From Trichoplax sp. H2 (Eukaryota): a stretch of DNA of 48,020 bases. Position 1 is the stretch's first letter. Each line of letters opens with the position of its first letter. The translations under genes were made by a program, and so were the position numbers. The stretch covers positions 1 through 48,020 of the forward strand of contig NOWV01000325.1 in assembly GCA_003344405.1 (NCBI GenBank). The letters are read 5' to 3'. Shown piece after piece: positions 13,812 through 26,204 of the stretch. The notes below the pieces were generated by a model. The model made no database searches. It saw only the letters and a program-made list of their open reading frames with translations, and was not told the origin of the DNA.

Positions 13812-16800
13812 CTAGCTATCGAGAAAATCTCCAATACTGGCGCTTACAGAGTTAGAATCAATGGATACTTTTCGCTTTATACCGCGGCTAGGATTACTGG
13901 AGGGCATCCATTTTTCTTTCAGTTGCTTTGCAGATGGGACGAACAATGGAGAAGAAAGATCTTTCAGAGGTTTATCCAAGTCTGCTAAAGATTCATGCGA
14001 AGTCATGTCAAACTCTGACTTGACATATTCGAGATTATCTGCGGATGTATCCATTTTTTCAATTTGTGGATTGTCAAAACTGTCATTAATACCATTTTGA
14101 CACGGGGACGGTATAGAGCTCGAAACATAGGTATCTAGGTTGTCATACTTTACAGCGGCACTATCAACTAATTTAAAAAGTGTCTTCGGTGAAGTGTTAT
14201 CACCTTTTAATCTTTTGTTATCTAACATTTGAGACCAATCTGATAACAACTTCTCGGGACCAGTTACTGCTTCAATACTGAATGAACTGTGAAATATAAA
14301 TTCATGCATTACGTCGGCGAAATCATTTCCTTATGAAAGGAATAAAATTCTAACCTAATAGTCTTTTTCTCATTACTGTCATCATCAATTACTGGATAGC
14401 TTATCAAATCCGCGGAAAGATTAACATCAATCACATCTAGCCAGAGGCTGTAAAAATGAAAGTATTTCGTCAGCTTTAAAATCGAAATACAAAATGTGCT
14501 CATCTCTGCTTTGAATTTCTAACACCTTTATCAAAAGCTGCTTACCGTCCACATCGGCCGACCCGTTTACGACCTTTACCCTGTAGTCTACCCTCTAAGA
14601 TTGATATATCACTATAACGTGAATTAAGTTCGTTTTCTTCAGGCTCTAACCATTTACTCCAGTCTAACAGATCATATTCGCCATTGCTTGCCTAATAAAT
14701 GAATACTAATGTAACAAACAGAAGATGATAAAAGTGTTTTACAAAACAGTCAATTAACCTTATGATATGTGCCGTTTTCCAGCCTTCTGAATTGATACGG
14801 CTCTTCGTGTAATTCGTCTTCAGCTGTAGAAGATGCCGGTGAGACCTGATAGCATGCATCGTAGAAATAAAATAAACATAAAATAACAAATAGGTAAATA
14901 CATACGAAACCCTACACAAATTTTAATGAAATTAAATTACATCTACTTCACGAACAGGTGACTGTGGCCTTGTTTGTTCTGCAGCCTGTTCAGTGCTAGC
15001 ATCAACACGGTGACGCATATGCTCCCCTTCTTTGACTAGCGCCGAAACTTTATTTGAATGTTTCTCTTTTCGCCTATAACAACAAACGCTAATTAAATTG
15101 GCGATATGATAAACTAAAAAGTTGCTATCAGGCTATTTCCAATATGCACTTTTACGTACTTTGTCCTGGCTTTCGATGTATGAGTCGATTTCAGTTCTCC
15201 CTGTAAAGAACATGACTGTTATAGCTATGCCGTCTAAAACACGAGTAATAAAAAGGAATATCACTAAATAAAAATGTACATACATTGATTGGCTGGATTA
15301 AATCTTTCCAATTATCATTTTCGCCACTCTTCGCTGACAGCAAAGATTCCTCGTTCTTTCCATATGATCCAGCAGTCTTTACTTGCATATGTTGGTTACG
15401 CTTAATCAGAGCTTGCTCTTCCAGCTGGCGATAAATTTGACCAGAATAGTCATCTAACTTATACCTGTTTCAATTGAGTAAGACAACGAGACTGTTAACA
15501 TACATATTAATCCTGATTTAACAAAAGACTCGTTACCTTGTTTCAAAAACACTTCGGTTAACATCTAAAATATTACGTTTATACTTTTCCCTATCAGCCA
15601 CGCAATCCAATATACGCCTAACGATATAGTAAAAGTAGCGAATATTAAAGAAAAGTGGTTAACAAGTAACATCGAATACTTTAGTTGAAGCTAAAATTCT
15701 ACAGTATTCAACAATAACAGCACAATGCATCTCCCTTACGCCACGTTCTCTAGGTCTCTCTTTAGTTTGAACATTTTTTCATATGAAGATTCATCATTTT
15801 TACGATTCTGTATATATGCACGTTTAGCAATGAGATAATATTGTAACATGATGTAAAATGAGAATTTTAGTAGATTATATAGCATTTGCTGATAATAACC
15901 TTGCGAGTTTGCATCTTTTCGGTTCGACGTCGGAAAGCAACATAAGGATTGTTTGGGGATGATCCATCTCTCTTCTCTGTCAACACTCGATACAGTATCT
16001 CCCCAGCCTATAGATATTCCATTGTAAAAATTGCCGTATTTAATTCATGCAATTTTCGAAAAACGAAACTGACGCCGCATTGTTCTTACCACTTTTTTTC
16101 TTTTCTTTAGCCAATAATCGTACAATACTTGTAAAACATTCTCGCTGACAAATTTAATGAGTGCTTTGGCTCCATTAAAAGTAACAATCTAATGAATAAC
16201 ATTAAGAATTAGAATATCATCAAAAAATCAATTGCAATTGGTAAAGCGTTGAAAAATAAAGTAAGAAATTGTTAGGAAGGATCTGCGTAACATGCCTGAT
16301 TTCCAGTTGCTTTTTCTAGCTGCTCCATAACACGTTCAAATGATTCAGGTTCAAGTTGCTGCAAAATTAAACAGTGAAAATGTTAAAGGAATGACAACTT
16401 TCAAGAAATGGAGATTAGCCAATAATTTGAATGGAAATTTACATCATCCTTGGGCAAACTTTTAAGAAATTCTTCGTCATCTGAATCCATATCATAATCG
16501 GGAACTTCGCTATCATCTAGAATATCGATTACTGTACCAAAACAGATGATCTATTGTCAGTCATTCGATTTTTAAGCACCCAGCAATATCGGAAGATCAA
16601 ATCCATGGTGAGATAGATCAATACGTACCTTGAAAGTGGATGTACTGCTTAGGTAATTGTCGTTCTGTAGTGTAGAACATGCCGCTTTGCTTGTAAGATA
16701 CCTGAGATTGCGGCGTCGGAATTATAAGCTGTTGCTTGTCGCCAAAAACTTGTTGAGCGGATATCGCTCTTTGTAGATGGTGTTCCTACATTAATAAATA

Positions 16801-19038
16801 AATGAAACTTTGCGATTTAAATGCCTATTCGCTACTCTAAATGTAATGCAATATTAATATATCATACATAACGGTGGCTATATATCAGCATTAACTGTCA
16901 ATACAATTTACTTCTATCGCAATACTACTGGCTGATTACTGAGAGCATCTAAGGATGTTACTTTTGAAAATAAATTTCTGTATTGAAACAAATTCAATAC
17001 AGCCATGGTTAAATTTCTTACTAGAGAGCAATCATATCATCATTCCCTTTATCTGGGCACCCAATGCAGGGGAGTGTCCTATTGACTGCGAATATTTATT
17101 GATGTATTCAGCGAAACTTAGCTCAACAGAACGTAATCACCAATACTTTCCAACATATTTGAATTGCAATAACGGAGACCGACAGCCGACAGGCAATTAT
17201 ACAGCATTTGCATTTGTGGGCCAATAATTATAGTCAATAAATATAATCTAAACGGACTCATAGTCATCACTTGTGAGCATGGACAACTCAATTAATCAAT
17301 GCGTTAGGGCTAGAAGAGAATAAGAAAAGACGACTTAACTAAGCAATCTTTTCTCATCAAAATTGATCTACAAACCCTACTCATTTAGACTTCAGTCAGT
17401 GATCGAAAAATTTCAGCCTCGAAGCTACTCTACATATGCTATCAGTGCATGTCTACTTGCTACTTTTGCTTTGCATTACTGTACGTACAGTATTTTGTCA
17501 CGCGTATCATGCCTAACACGATACAATATAAGGTCGATTAGAATCACGTAAGATCGGTACTGTATAAATGCGAAGTGAGTTACAAAAATTTACAGCTCGA
17601 ACCGCTCTGGAACTAAGCACAGGCATTGCTCCAATCCCTGCCTCACATTGATTCCTATCGCGAGTTTCTAAAGCTACACTACCTCCCATAGCTGCATACT
17701 GCGTCGTTTAAGCATGGCAGGAGGCTTAGAGTACACTAAATGTAGAATATGTATACGCGCATAGGATTTCTTTCTTCTCCACTTAGTACGATCGAAATCA
17801 TTGCATCCATTGCAAAAGTCGAGTTGCTGTAGTTCTTTGCAAAAGTGAAATAAACTTGAAATAACTGTACTGTTTTTACGACACCCAATATGCCCTTCCC
17901 CCCAATGTCTATCGGATGACGAAAGAAATCCATGTAGAACTTGGATTTTCATCGAATTGTCTCTCGCTACGTCGACTACCCCTTTGCATATACATGTAGT
18001 TGGAAGTAGTCATTCGTGAATACCTCACCTCAGCTCTCTTTTTAGACACTCTTGTTTATTCATTAAGCGTTAACTGAAATTGCTGATTGCCCTATTGGCA
18101 CTCACTTGTTACTTATGGTACAATGATTGTTCCCTGTTGGTTCTCTATGGCAAACCACATGGATCGTAGGGTAAGCGTTGTCGCTTGTATACTATACAGT
18201 ACAGTAGCTTACTGAGCTCGGTGTACTAGGCCCATTGCCGCCTTTCACCACCGGCAATGGAAAACGCACCATTTCGGTAGCGTGCAACCTAGTCATGAAT
18301 TACTGTGCATTCTACTGTACACATCGATGTTTCTTAGTGCAGTAGCTCATCCAAGTTGAAAATGGAACCAACATCGATGAGATCGAAATCTGCTTTAAAA
18401 GCCAACAGCAGCAGTGATTAACTTGCAAGTGCTCGCTGCTAAGCTCTATTCCAGCGAGATGCCATACTATACTGTAGATCAAGTACTGTAGAGTACAGTA
18501 TGTACTGTAGGATAAGCCAGTGGCATGGACTCATGCCTGGCCTGTACCAGTACCGTACTAGTACCGTACTAGTACCGTAAATTACCATGGTCACATTTAC
18601 CCTGACTCTCCATCAGCTTCTTCATCCACTATACTGTAAGTAGTGTACTGCATGGTACATGGTTTTTAGAATTAGGCATTAGCAAAATTGACTTGAAGAC
18701 TTGACCTAGACTACACTAACGTAAAGTATGGTATGATACAGTATACTAGCGTCATCGTCCAGTAAATCCAGAAAATGCCAGCAATACAATTTATCCTATA
18801 CTAGCCTAGTTGAGAAATGAATTCCATTTTGGGAAGTTTTTTTCCCCCAATTTCTACAGTGAAGTAAAAAAGATTATCTACTTACCGATTCTTCCTCTTT
18901 CTCCATGCCCGTAGGCATTTGAGGTACAGCACGATTGATTGCTGCACATTCTGATAAGTCAGTTAAATCTTCTGCTCGATAAATGGGTAAACTTTTATGA
19001 ACATCTAAACTACGAGCGCGAAATGACAATTTATTCAT
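13812..19038 (-). CDS. EPC1: Enhancer of polycomb homolog (EPC1/EPC2, NuA4/TIP60 subunit), about 654 aa, 15 exons: 19038-18886, 16785-16629, 16531-16443, 16358-16296, 16188-16090, 16007-15900, 15807-15740, 15617-15537, 15464-15284, 15200-15160, 15073-14941, 14845-14759, 14691-14546, 14447-14355, 14277-13812
   Basis: EPcA motifs MNKLSFRARSLD...INRAVPQMPTGMEKEEES|EHHLQRAISAQQVFG, PDYDMDSDDEEFL, YDYWLKKRK and EKRDGSSPNNPYVAFRRRTEKMQTRK|NRKNDESSYEKMFKL. EPcB-like PYQFRR and RKRVGRCGR|LWLD. All junctions are phase-compatible; the C-terminal exon boundaries are less certain. Confidence 0.95.
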
Positions 19039-19244
19039 GGCGGGCAGGAAAGTTAGCGTCTAGCAACGGCTTTGTATTAGCTGTAAATCAACGCCAAAAC
19101 CTTGCATCCGATATAAAAGTACAAAAAATAAACATAAGATATCTTTCTACAACAACCATTACAAAATGAAGAGCCTACCAGTGCTACTGGTTATCGAATT
19201 TTCAAATTTAATCATCAATGACCGTCATATCTACACAATAAATT

Positions 19245-19258
19245 CAAGATGGCGGAAG
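19245..19258 (+). promoter_or_regulatory. YY1-like motif (CAAGATGGCGG) overlapping an ETS-like CGGAAG, about 210 bp upstream of the EPC start; second copy at 22024
   Basis: Sequence CAAGATGGCGGAAG. Motif match and position only. Confidence 0.35.
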
Positions 19259-19385
19259 CCACAAAAAGTTCTCATATGCATTTAATACCAGTGACAATAC
19301 GAACCAACGACCTTATTAGTCTACAATAGCTCCACATCATTTGAAAATTCGGACGCATGCGCTGGTCAGCTGGAAGTCGGATCAG

Positions 19386-21365
19386 GTACTGTACACTGTG
19401 CGTTACGGTATACAGTACTGTACAGTAGCACTGTATACTGTACAGTACAGTACAGTACTCTAACTCTACAGTACGCAGTACACAGTGCAGTACAGTACTG
19501 TACAGAACAATAATGAGTGTGCAATTCCTTTTGCGCGGTAGACTACAGTACAGTACTGTACTGTACTGTAGTGTACTGTACTGTACTGTAGTGTACTGTA
19601 CTGTACTGTACTCTGCGAGGTGGGTACTGTATTGTACAGTACAGTATGTAGTGTACAGTACAGTACAGTAGTTGGTGTTCAGGCAGCTTCAGTGTACAGT
19701 GTACAGTACGGTACGTGCAGTACAGTACGAAACAATTAAAATACTACAATATACAGTACAGTACTGTAAGTGTGCAATTACTTTTGCAGGTTAGACTACT
19801 GTACTGTACTGTACTGTACTCTGCGAGTGTGCGTATGTACAGTACAGTACTGTACAGTGTACAGTAGTTCGTGTTCACTGTTCAGGCTGCTTCAGTGTAC
19901 TGTACAGTACTGTACAGTACAGTGCGTACAGTACGAAACAATTAGAATACTGTAAGTGTGCAATTACTTTTGCACGGTAGACTACTGTACTCTGCGAGTG
20001 TGCGTATGTACAGTACTACAGTTCGTGTTCAGGCTGGTTCAGTGTACTGTATTGTACAGTATGTGCTACTGTATTGTACTGTACACTGTACAGGTTTTCT
20101 TTTTCTTTTCTCCCTTTTACAGTTACTAGTGCAAACTCCCGTCGCTTTGCTGACGGTTTACGATAATGTGCTCATTTAACAGATAGTATTACCATTTGAT
20201 AGACCTGTCAGAAGTAGTTGGTTGGAATGAAAACGGGTAATGTACAGTACAGCATGTACCATACCTCAAGTTTCAGCCATACCGTACGCACACTGCAGCG
20301 TATCAGCGCTTGATCCACTCGATGTACAGTACAGTACTGTACTGTACTGTACATTGTACAATGTACAGTACATTGTACTCGCCAGAAATGAAAGAAAACT
20401 GGCCACAAGCTGACTCTTAACGAATCAACGTTGTCGTTGAAATTTTGGGTCGTAGAATTGTCGATTATAAATATTTTCATCATTGAATGATATAGTTTAA
20501 GAATACAGTAGGTAAAATGTTACTGCTTGTGATCACTAAGATGAAAATGATATGCTTTGATGATGTATAGAATAGAATGCCAGCTTACCTTTGCAAAGTT
20601 ACTGCATGCGGAACTTTCTAATAGAAAGTACTGTAAGTACAGTACTGTACAGTGTACAGTACACTACTGTACTGTATCATTGAAGATTGATTGTGGTTGC
20701 GCCGCAGTACCGAGCGATGATGCGAATGACACGTACGACGAAGACTATCAAAGTATCCCAAAATGACCTGATATGATTGAGTTATTTCTCGCTGCCCAAA
20801 GATTATAGACAAAAAAATCAGAGCAGAAAAATTGGATGTATTCTTAAACTATACAATTCAATTATTGAATTGACATTCGATCCTACTACCACCCAGAATT
20901 TCAACAACAAAGTTGACAAATTGGAACCAGTTTTCTTGAAATTCTGCCATGGTTTACCTGCTGTACGTACAGTACAGTACAGTACATGCAGCAGGTTTAC
21001 AGTCATACGTACTGTACGTTACAGTCAGTACCTTTACTTTTCCCAACAGAGTTTTAAGAAGACTACAGTACACTGTACTGTAGTCTTGGTACGGTACCGT
21101 CTATGAATACAGGCCCTGCCAACGGTGACGGATGGAAGGAACAACCAAGGCGGAAACGGCCAAATCCACGCTGTGGCCTAGTACAGTACTGCACTATATT
21201 TTATTTCAACCCTTCTCTTAAACTACAGTATTGACTCAACAGTACTGTACAGTACGGTACTGTACACTGTACAGTGTACACTGTAGCGGACAGTGGGTGG
21301 ACAGTACTCTACTGTTGTAGGAGTACAGTACTGTCCTGCTTTAGTACTGTAGTAAAGTACTGTAC
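19386..21365. repeat. TACAG/TACTG/TACAGTG mixed-orientation tracts embedded in a 3-unit tandem repeat (units at about 19517, 19770, 19956) and flanking sequence
   Basis: Runs such as TACAGTACAGTACTGTACTGTACTGTA and TACAGTGTACAGTA interrupt a conserved backbone GTGTGCAATT.CTTTTGC..G.TAGAC...CTCTGCGAG...TTCAGGC.G.TTCAGTG. The counterpart lies at 22166-24110. Confidence 0.9.
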
Positions 21366-21590
21366 GTATAACAACCACCGTCGCCACTGTTGTTGGATCT
21401 TTTTGAACAAATACCACAAGCGTCTTGCTGATTCTCTCAAGCTTTAACCGATCAAGGTAGGCCGCACTAAATCTTTTGCCGTATGATCTAGCCTCAATCG
21501 GCATTTTCGGTGTACTTTTGTCTTAGTAAATGTAGCTAAAGATGGACATGTCTATTCAAGACGTACAGCACAGTATAGGATTACTGCCTG

Positions 21591-21610
21591 NNNNNNNNNN
21601 NNNNNNNNNN
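21591..21610. other. Assembly gap (20 N)
   Basis: Run of n characters exactly at the junction of the two duplicated blocks. Confidence 1.
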
Positions 21611-21664
21611 GGAAGTTTTTTTCCCCCAATTTCTACAGTGAAGTAAAAAAGATTATCTACTTAC

Positions 21665-21817
21665 CGATTCTTCCTCTTTCTCCATGCCCGTAGGCATTTG
21701 AGGTACAGCACGATTGATTGCTGCACATTCTGATAAGTCAGTTAAATCTTCTGCTCGATAAATGGGTAAACTTTTATGAACATCTAAACTACGTGCGCGA
21801 AATGACAATTTATTCAT
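21665..21817 (-). CDS. EPC1: Second copy of EPC coding exon 1 (MNKLSFRARSLD...MEKEEES, GTAAGT donor intact)
   Basis: Identical peptide to 19038-18886; the one difference seen is synonymous (Ala GCT versus GCA). Confidence 0.85.
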
Positions 21818-22990
21818 GGCGGGCAGGAAAGTTAGCGTCTAGCAACGGCTTTGTATTAGCTGTAAATCAACGCCAAAACCTTGCATCCGATATAAAAGTA
21901 CAAAAAATAAACATAAGATATCTTTCTACAACAACCATTACAAAATGAAGAGCCTACCAGTGCTACTGGTTATCGAATTTTCAAATTTAATCATCAATGA
22001 CCGTCATATCTACACAATAAATTCAAGATGGCGGAAGCCACAAAAAGTTCTCATATGCATTTAATACCAGTGACAATACGAACCAACGACCTTATTAGTC
22101 TACAATAGCTCCACATCATTTGAAAATTCGTACGCATGCGCTGGTCAGCTGGAAGTCGGATCAGGTACTGTACACTGTGCAGTACTGTATACTGTACACT
22201 CTATACTCTAACTCTACAGTACGTAGTACACAGTACAGTACAGAACAATAATGAGTGTGCAATTCCTTTTGCGCGGTAGACTACAGTACAGTACAGTACT
22301 GTACAGTACTCTGCGAGTGTGGGTATGTACTGTACACTGTACAGTACAGTGTACAGTACAGTACATACCTGTAGTTCGTGTTCAGGCAGCTTTAGTGTAC
22401 TGTACAGTGTACAGTACGGTACGTGCAGTACAGTACAGTACGAAACAATTAAAATACTGTACTGTAAGTGTGCAATTACTTTTGCAGGTTAGACTACAGT
22501 ACAGTATAGTACGTACAGTACAGTACGAAACAATTAGAATACTGTAAGTGTGCAATTACTTTTGCACGGTAGCCTACTGTACTCTGCGAGTGTGCGTATG
22601 TACAGTACTGCAGTTCGTGTTCAGGCTGGTTCAGTGTACTGTACTGTACAGTGTACAGTGTACAGGTTTTCTTTTCTTTTCTCTCTTTTACAATTATTAG
22701 TGTACAGTACACTGTACACTTATACAGTACCGTATAAACGCACGCGCACAGCATGAACTAGTATGAACTACCGGTAGGCATTTGGTAAAAATGTCTGATG
22801 AACCGAAACCTCCATTACCAGGTGAAGTAGTTGGTTTGAATGAAAACGGGTAATGTACACTCACTATTGTACAGTACAGTATGTACCATACCTCAAGTTT
22901 CAGCCATACCGTACGCACACTGCAGCGCATCAGCGCTTGATCCACTCGACGTACTGTACAGTACTGTACAATGTACTGTACATTGTACTC

Positions 22991-23652
22991 GCCAGAAATG
23001 AAAGAAAACTGGCCACAAGCTGACTCTTAACGAATCAACGTTGTTGTTGAAATTTTGGGTGGTAGTATTGTCGATTATAAATATTTTCATCATTGAATGA
23101 TATAGTTTAAGAATACAGTAGGTAAAATGTTACTGCTTGTGATCGCTAAGATGAAAATGATACGCTTTGATGATTCTTGGGTAACGAGAACTAGCGACAG
23201 ATATCCGGTTATTTTGGATACTTTCGTGGCATTATGTTTCATTCGCATCGCGCGTTCTATACAGTAGAATAGAATGCCAGCTTACCTTTGCAAAGTTACT
23301 GCATGCGGAACTTTCTAAATAGAAAGTACAGTACATACAGTACAGTACAGTGTACAGTACAGTACAGTACTGTACACTGTATCATTGAAGATTGATTGTG
23401 GTTGCGCCGCAGTACCGAGCGATGATGCGAATGACACGTACGACGAAGACTATGAAAGTATCCCAAAATGACATGATATGATTGAGTTATTTCTCGCTGC
23501 CCAAAGATTATAGACAAAAAAATCAGAGCAGAAAAATTGGATGTATTCTTAAACTATACAATTCAATTATTTAATTGACATTCGATCCTACTAGCACCCA
23601 GAATCTCAACAACAAAATTGACAAATTGGAACCAGTTTTCTTGAAATTCTGC
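22991..23652. repeat. Diverged long inverted repeat (foldback), arms about 22991-23250 and 23421-23652; partly deleted counterpart at 20381-20948
   Basis: The reverse complement of the left arm shares TGTATTCTTAAACTATA, ACCCA.AAT.TCAACAACAA..TTGA, CCAGTTTTCTT..A.TTCTG, TTCTCG.T.CCCAA, GAAAGTATCC and GATGCGAATGA with the right arm, in colinear order. Confidence 0.8.
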
Positions 23653-24421
23653 CATGATTTACCTGCTGTACGTACAGTACAGTACAGTACAGTACATGCA
23701 GCAGATTTACAGTCATACAGTACTGTACTGTACTGTATGTACGTTACAGTACCTTTACTTTTCCCTACAGAGTTTCAAGAAGACTACAGTACACTGTACT
23801 GTAGTCTTGGTACGGTACCGTCTATGAATACAGGCCCTGCCAACGGTGACGGATGGAAGGAACAACCAAGGCGGAAACGGCCAAATCCACGCTGTGGCCT
23901 AGTACAGTACAGTACTGCACTATACTGTACTGTATTTTATTTCAACCCTTCTCTTTTTACAGAACTACAGTACAGTATTTACTCATCAGCACAGTACGGT
24001 ACTATACTGTACACTGTAGCGAACAGTGGGTGGACAGTACTGTACTCTACTGTTGTAGGAGTACGGTACAGTACTGTCCAGTTTTAGTACTGTAGTACAG
24101 TACTGTACGTATAACAACCACCGTCGCCACTGTTGTTGGATCTTTTTGAACAAATACCACAAGCGTCTTGCTGATTCTCTCAAGCTTTAACCGATCAAGG
24201 TAGGCCGCACTAAATCTTTTGCCGTATTATCTAGCCTCAATCGGCATTTTCGGTGTACTTTTGTCTTAGTAAATGTAGCTAAAGATGGACATGTCTATTC
24301 AAGACGTACAGCACAGTATAGGATTACTGCCTGGATATGTATCGATTCCTTCGTCATTCATGGAAGATGATGTTGTTTAGCTTACCAATTTTTTTTCTCA
24401 TCATTTCCAAATAGCCCAATA

Positions 24422-26204
24422 ATGGACCAAGTAACGACTTTAGTTGACCCACTAAAAGTGTTTGTAAAGGATTCTGTTCGTTTAGTCAAACGATGCACTA
24501 AACCTGACCGAAAAGGTATGAATAACTTCAACAGGCCTTTATTGCCTAGTTCAATTAAATATTCCATTCGACTTGCATGTTACATAAACGTAAAAATCAT
24601 CTTCTGCCTGTAAAATGATAACAATCTCTATTTTTCTGTAATGTACAGTAGAATTATAATGAATCATTTAATCTGGCCAGTATGTCACACCTTTTATCAG
24701 TATTTTAAATTAGTTTGGATCGTCATGACAAAATAAAAGTACCATCATTTTATATCTACAGAATAAGCGTACAGTATACAGATACACTGGACATAGGAAA
24801 TGTACGCTTTCTTGTCTTCTACTACGTAGTAATCATAGCATTGTGACTATCAAATTGGTTAGTCGTGATTAAAACAGTTTTTCTTCCATCATTATTCAAC
24901 GGTGTTGCTATTCGCATTATATTGAAACTACACTTTATACTGTAGTATGCTACGTTCTTAATAATCTGCTCTATGTTGTGATGAGAGGCCATCAACATCC
25001 ATTGAAGAATAAGCGTATGATACAAATTCTTCCGTTTTTGCCTTATGTGCTTTCTGTACAGTACCGTAAAAAGGTTTGAAGAAGGAATTATTCAATACCC
25101 ATACATTGATACAACCTGTTCTAACAAAGTAATACAATTAAGATTTTATGGATCAAATCCAATTGAATTGTAGAAACTTAGTTATGGCTATTGGATTCGA
25201 TCAAATTTTATTTATGTCGGTAACTCGGTAGGACGTATGATCACCAGCATTGTTGATCATAGTATCCACAAACATATCAAACAGGTTACTAAAAATAAAT
25301 ATAGAATCAGACTGCCTCATACTTATTACAAATAGTTTGTTACCATGTCTGCAAGTTATTAAGTATATCGATGGCATACTTAATTCGCTATCAATAAATT
25401 AGGATGATTTTAAATCACCATGCTAGCTAAAGTTACGCAATAATTACAATAAGCCAGTCAAGAGTTTCAGATATACCAAACTTATTGCCTCCAATAGAAG
25501 AATAATGCTTAACAATTCCTGTTACTATGTCTTTTCAATAAACTCGACAAAATGCTTTAAAAACGCTCTATACTGTACTGTCAATCTCAAGTTTTAAACT
25601 TAATTGACAGTGAAACAGTCACGTCAGATTTGTCATGTAACTAGCTACCATATTAGACAGTACGTTCATGGACACTGAAAATAGGACAACACTGTTTACC
25701 CTCTAGTAGTGTAACGACTCTGATAAGTTGTAGTATTAACGCTTTAGATTTACTGACCTCGTACATAATTACCTACAGACTGTGTTCTAGTTGAGATGAT
25801 ATCACATGATAGATAATAGAATTAAAAAATTGACTATGATTACTGATATATCGTACTTTCGATCGATTGCTTCTTGCTCATGCTTTTTTAAATTATGCCT
25901 TGTACCTACAATACGAGTAGATATATTGATATACTTGATAACCACTATTTGAACGTTTTGTCTTACATATTTGCTACGGATTGGACGCGCTAAATGAAAC
26001 AGAATTTCAAAAGATTGCATTTGCCACGGCTATCGGTTTTGGAATTATGGGATTTATAGGCTTTTTCGTTAAGTTGATCCACATCCCCATCAATAACATC
26101 ATCGTGTAAGTACAAATTTTCTCATTGATTCAGATACTGACAATATCTGGTCGTTTTTTATTCAGCTTATTATGAAATATTTCCTTTTCAACAGTGGAAG
26201 TTAA
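24422..26204 (+). CDS. SEC61G: Protein transport protein Sec61 subunit gamma (68 aa); join(24422..24515,26003..26105,26195..26204)
   Basis: [72 protein letters not shown] introns; AATAAA at 26282. Confidence 0.98.

Larger units (their letters stand above)
18832..21590. repeat. Copy 1 of a 2.7-kb duplicated block (EPC exon 1 plus upstream region), left of the assembly gap
   Basis: Begins GGAAGTTTTTT..CCCCCAA and ends GGATTACTGCCTG, as does 21611-24333. The copies are near-identical outside the TACAG tracts and two larger differences. Confidence 0.95.
21611..24333. repeat. Copy 2 of the 2.7-kb duplicated block, probably the alternative haplotype
   Basis: Same start and end sequences as 18832-21590; begins immediately after the N gap. 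Confidence 0.95.

Noticed and set aside
18232..18260. Small GC-rich hairpin CCATTGCCG...CGGCAATGG in EPC intron 1, considered as an intronic snoRNA or miRNA
   Set aside because: A 9-bp stem alone, without convincing box motifs or an extended precursor, is insufficient.
18939..19169. 76-aa plus-strand ORF, duplicated at 21718-21948
   Set aside because: It is the antisense shadow of EPC exon 1; the difference between copies is synonymous in the EPC frame but not in this one.
19386..21365. TACAG tracts as telomeric or interstitial telomere repeats
   Set aside because: They are not TTAGGG-like, switch orientation frequently and are dispersed at TA sites within other sequence.
19770..24183. Many ORFs rich in YSTVQ/YCTVL peptides
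   Set aside because: They are translations of TACAG/CTGTA tracts, which lack stop codons in most frames, and their frames differ between the two copies.
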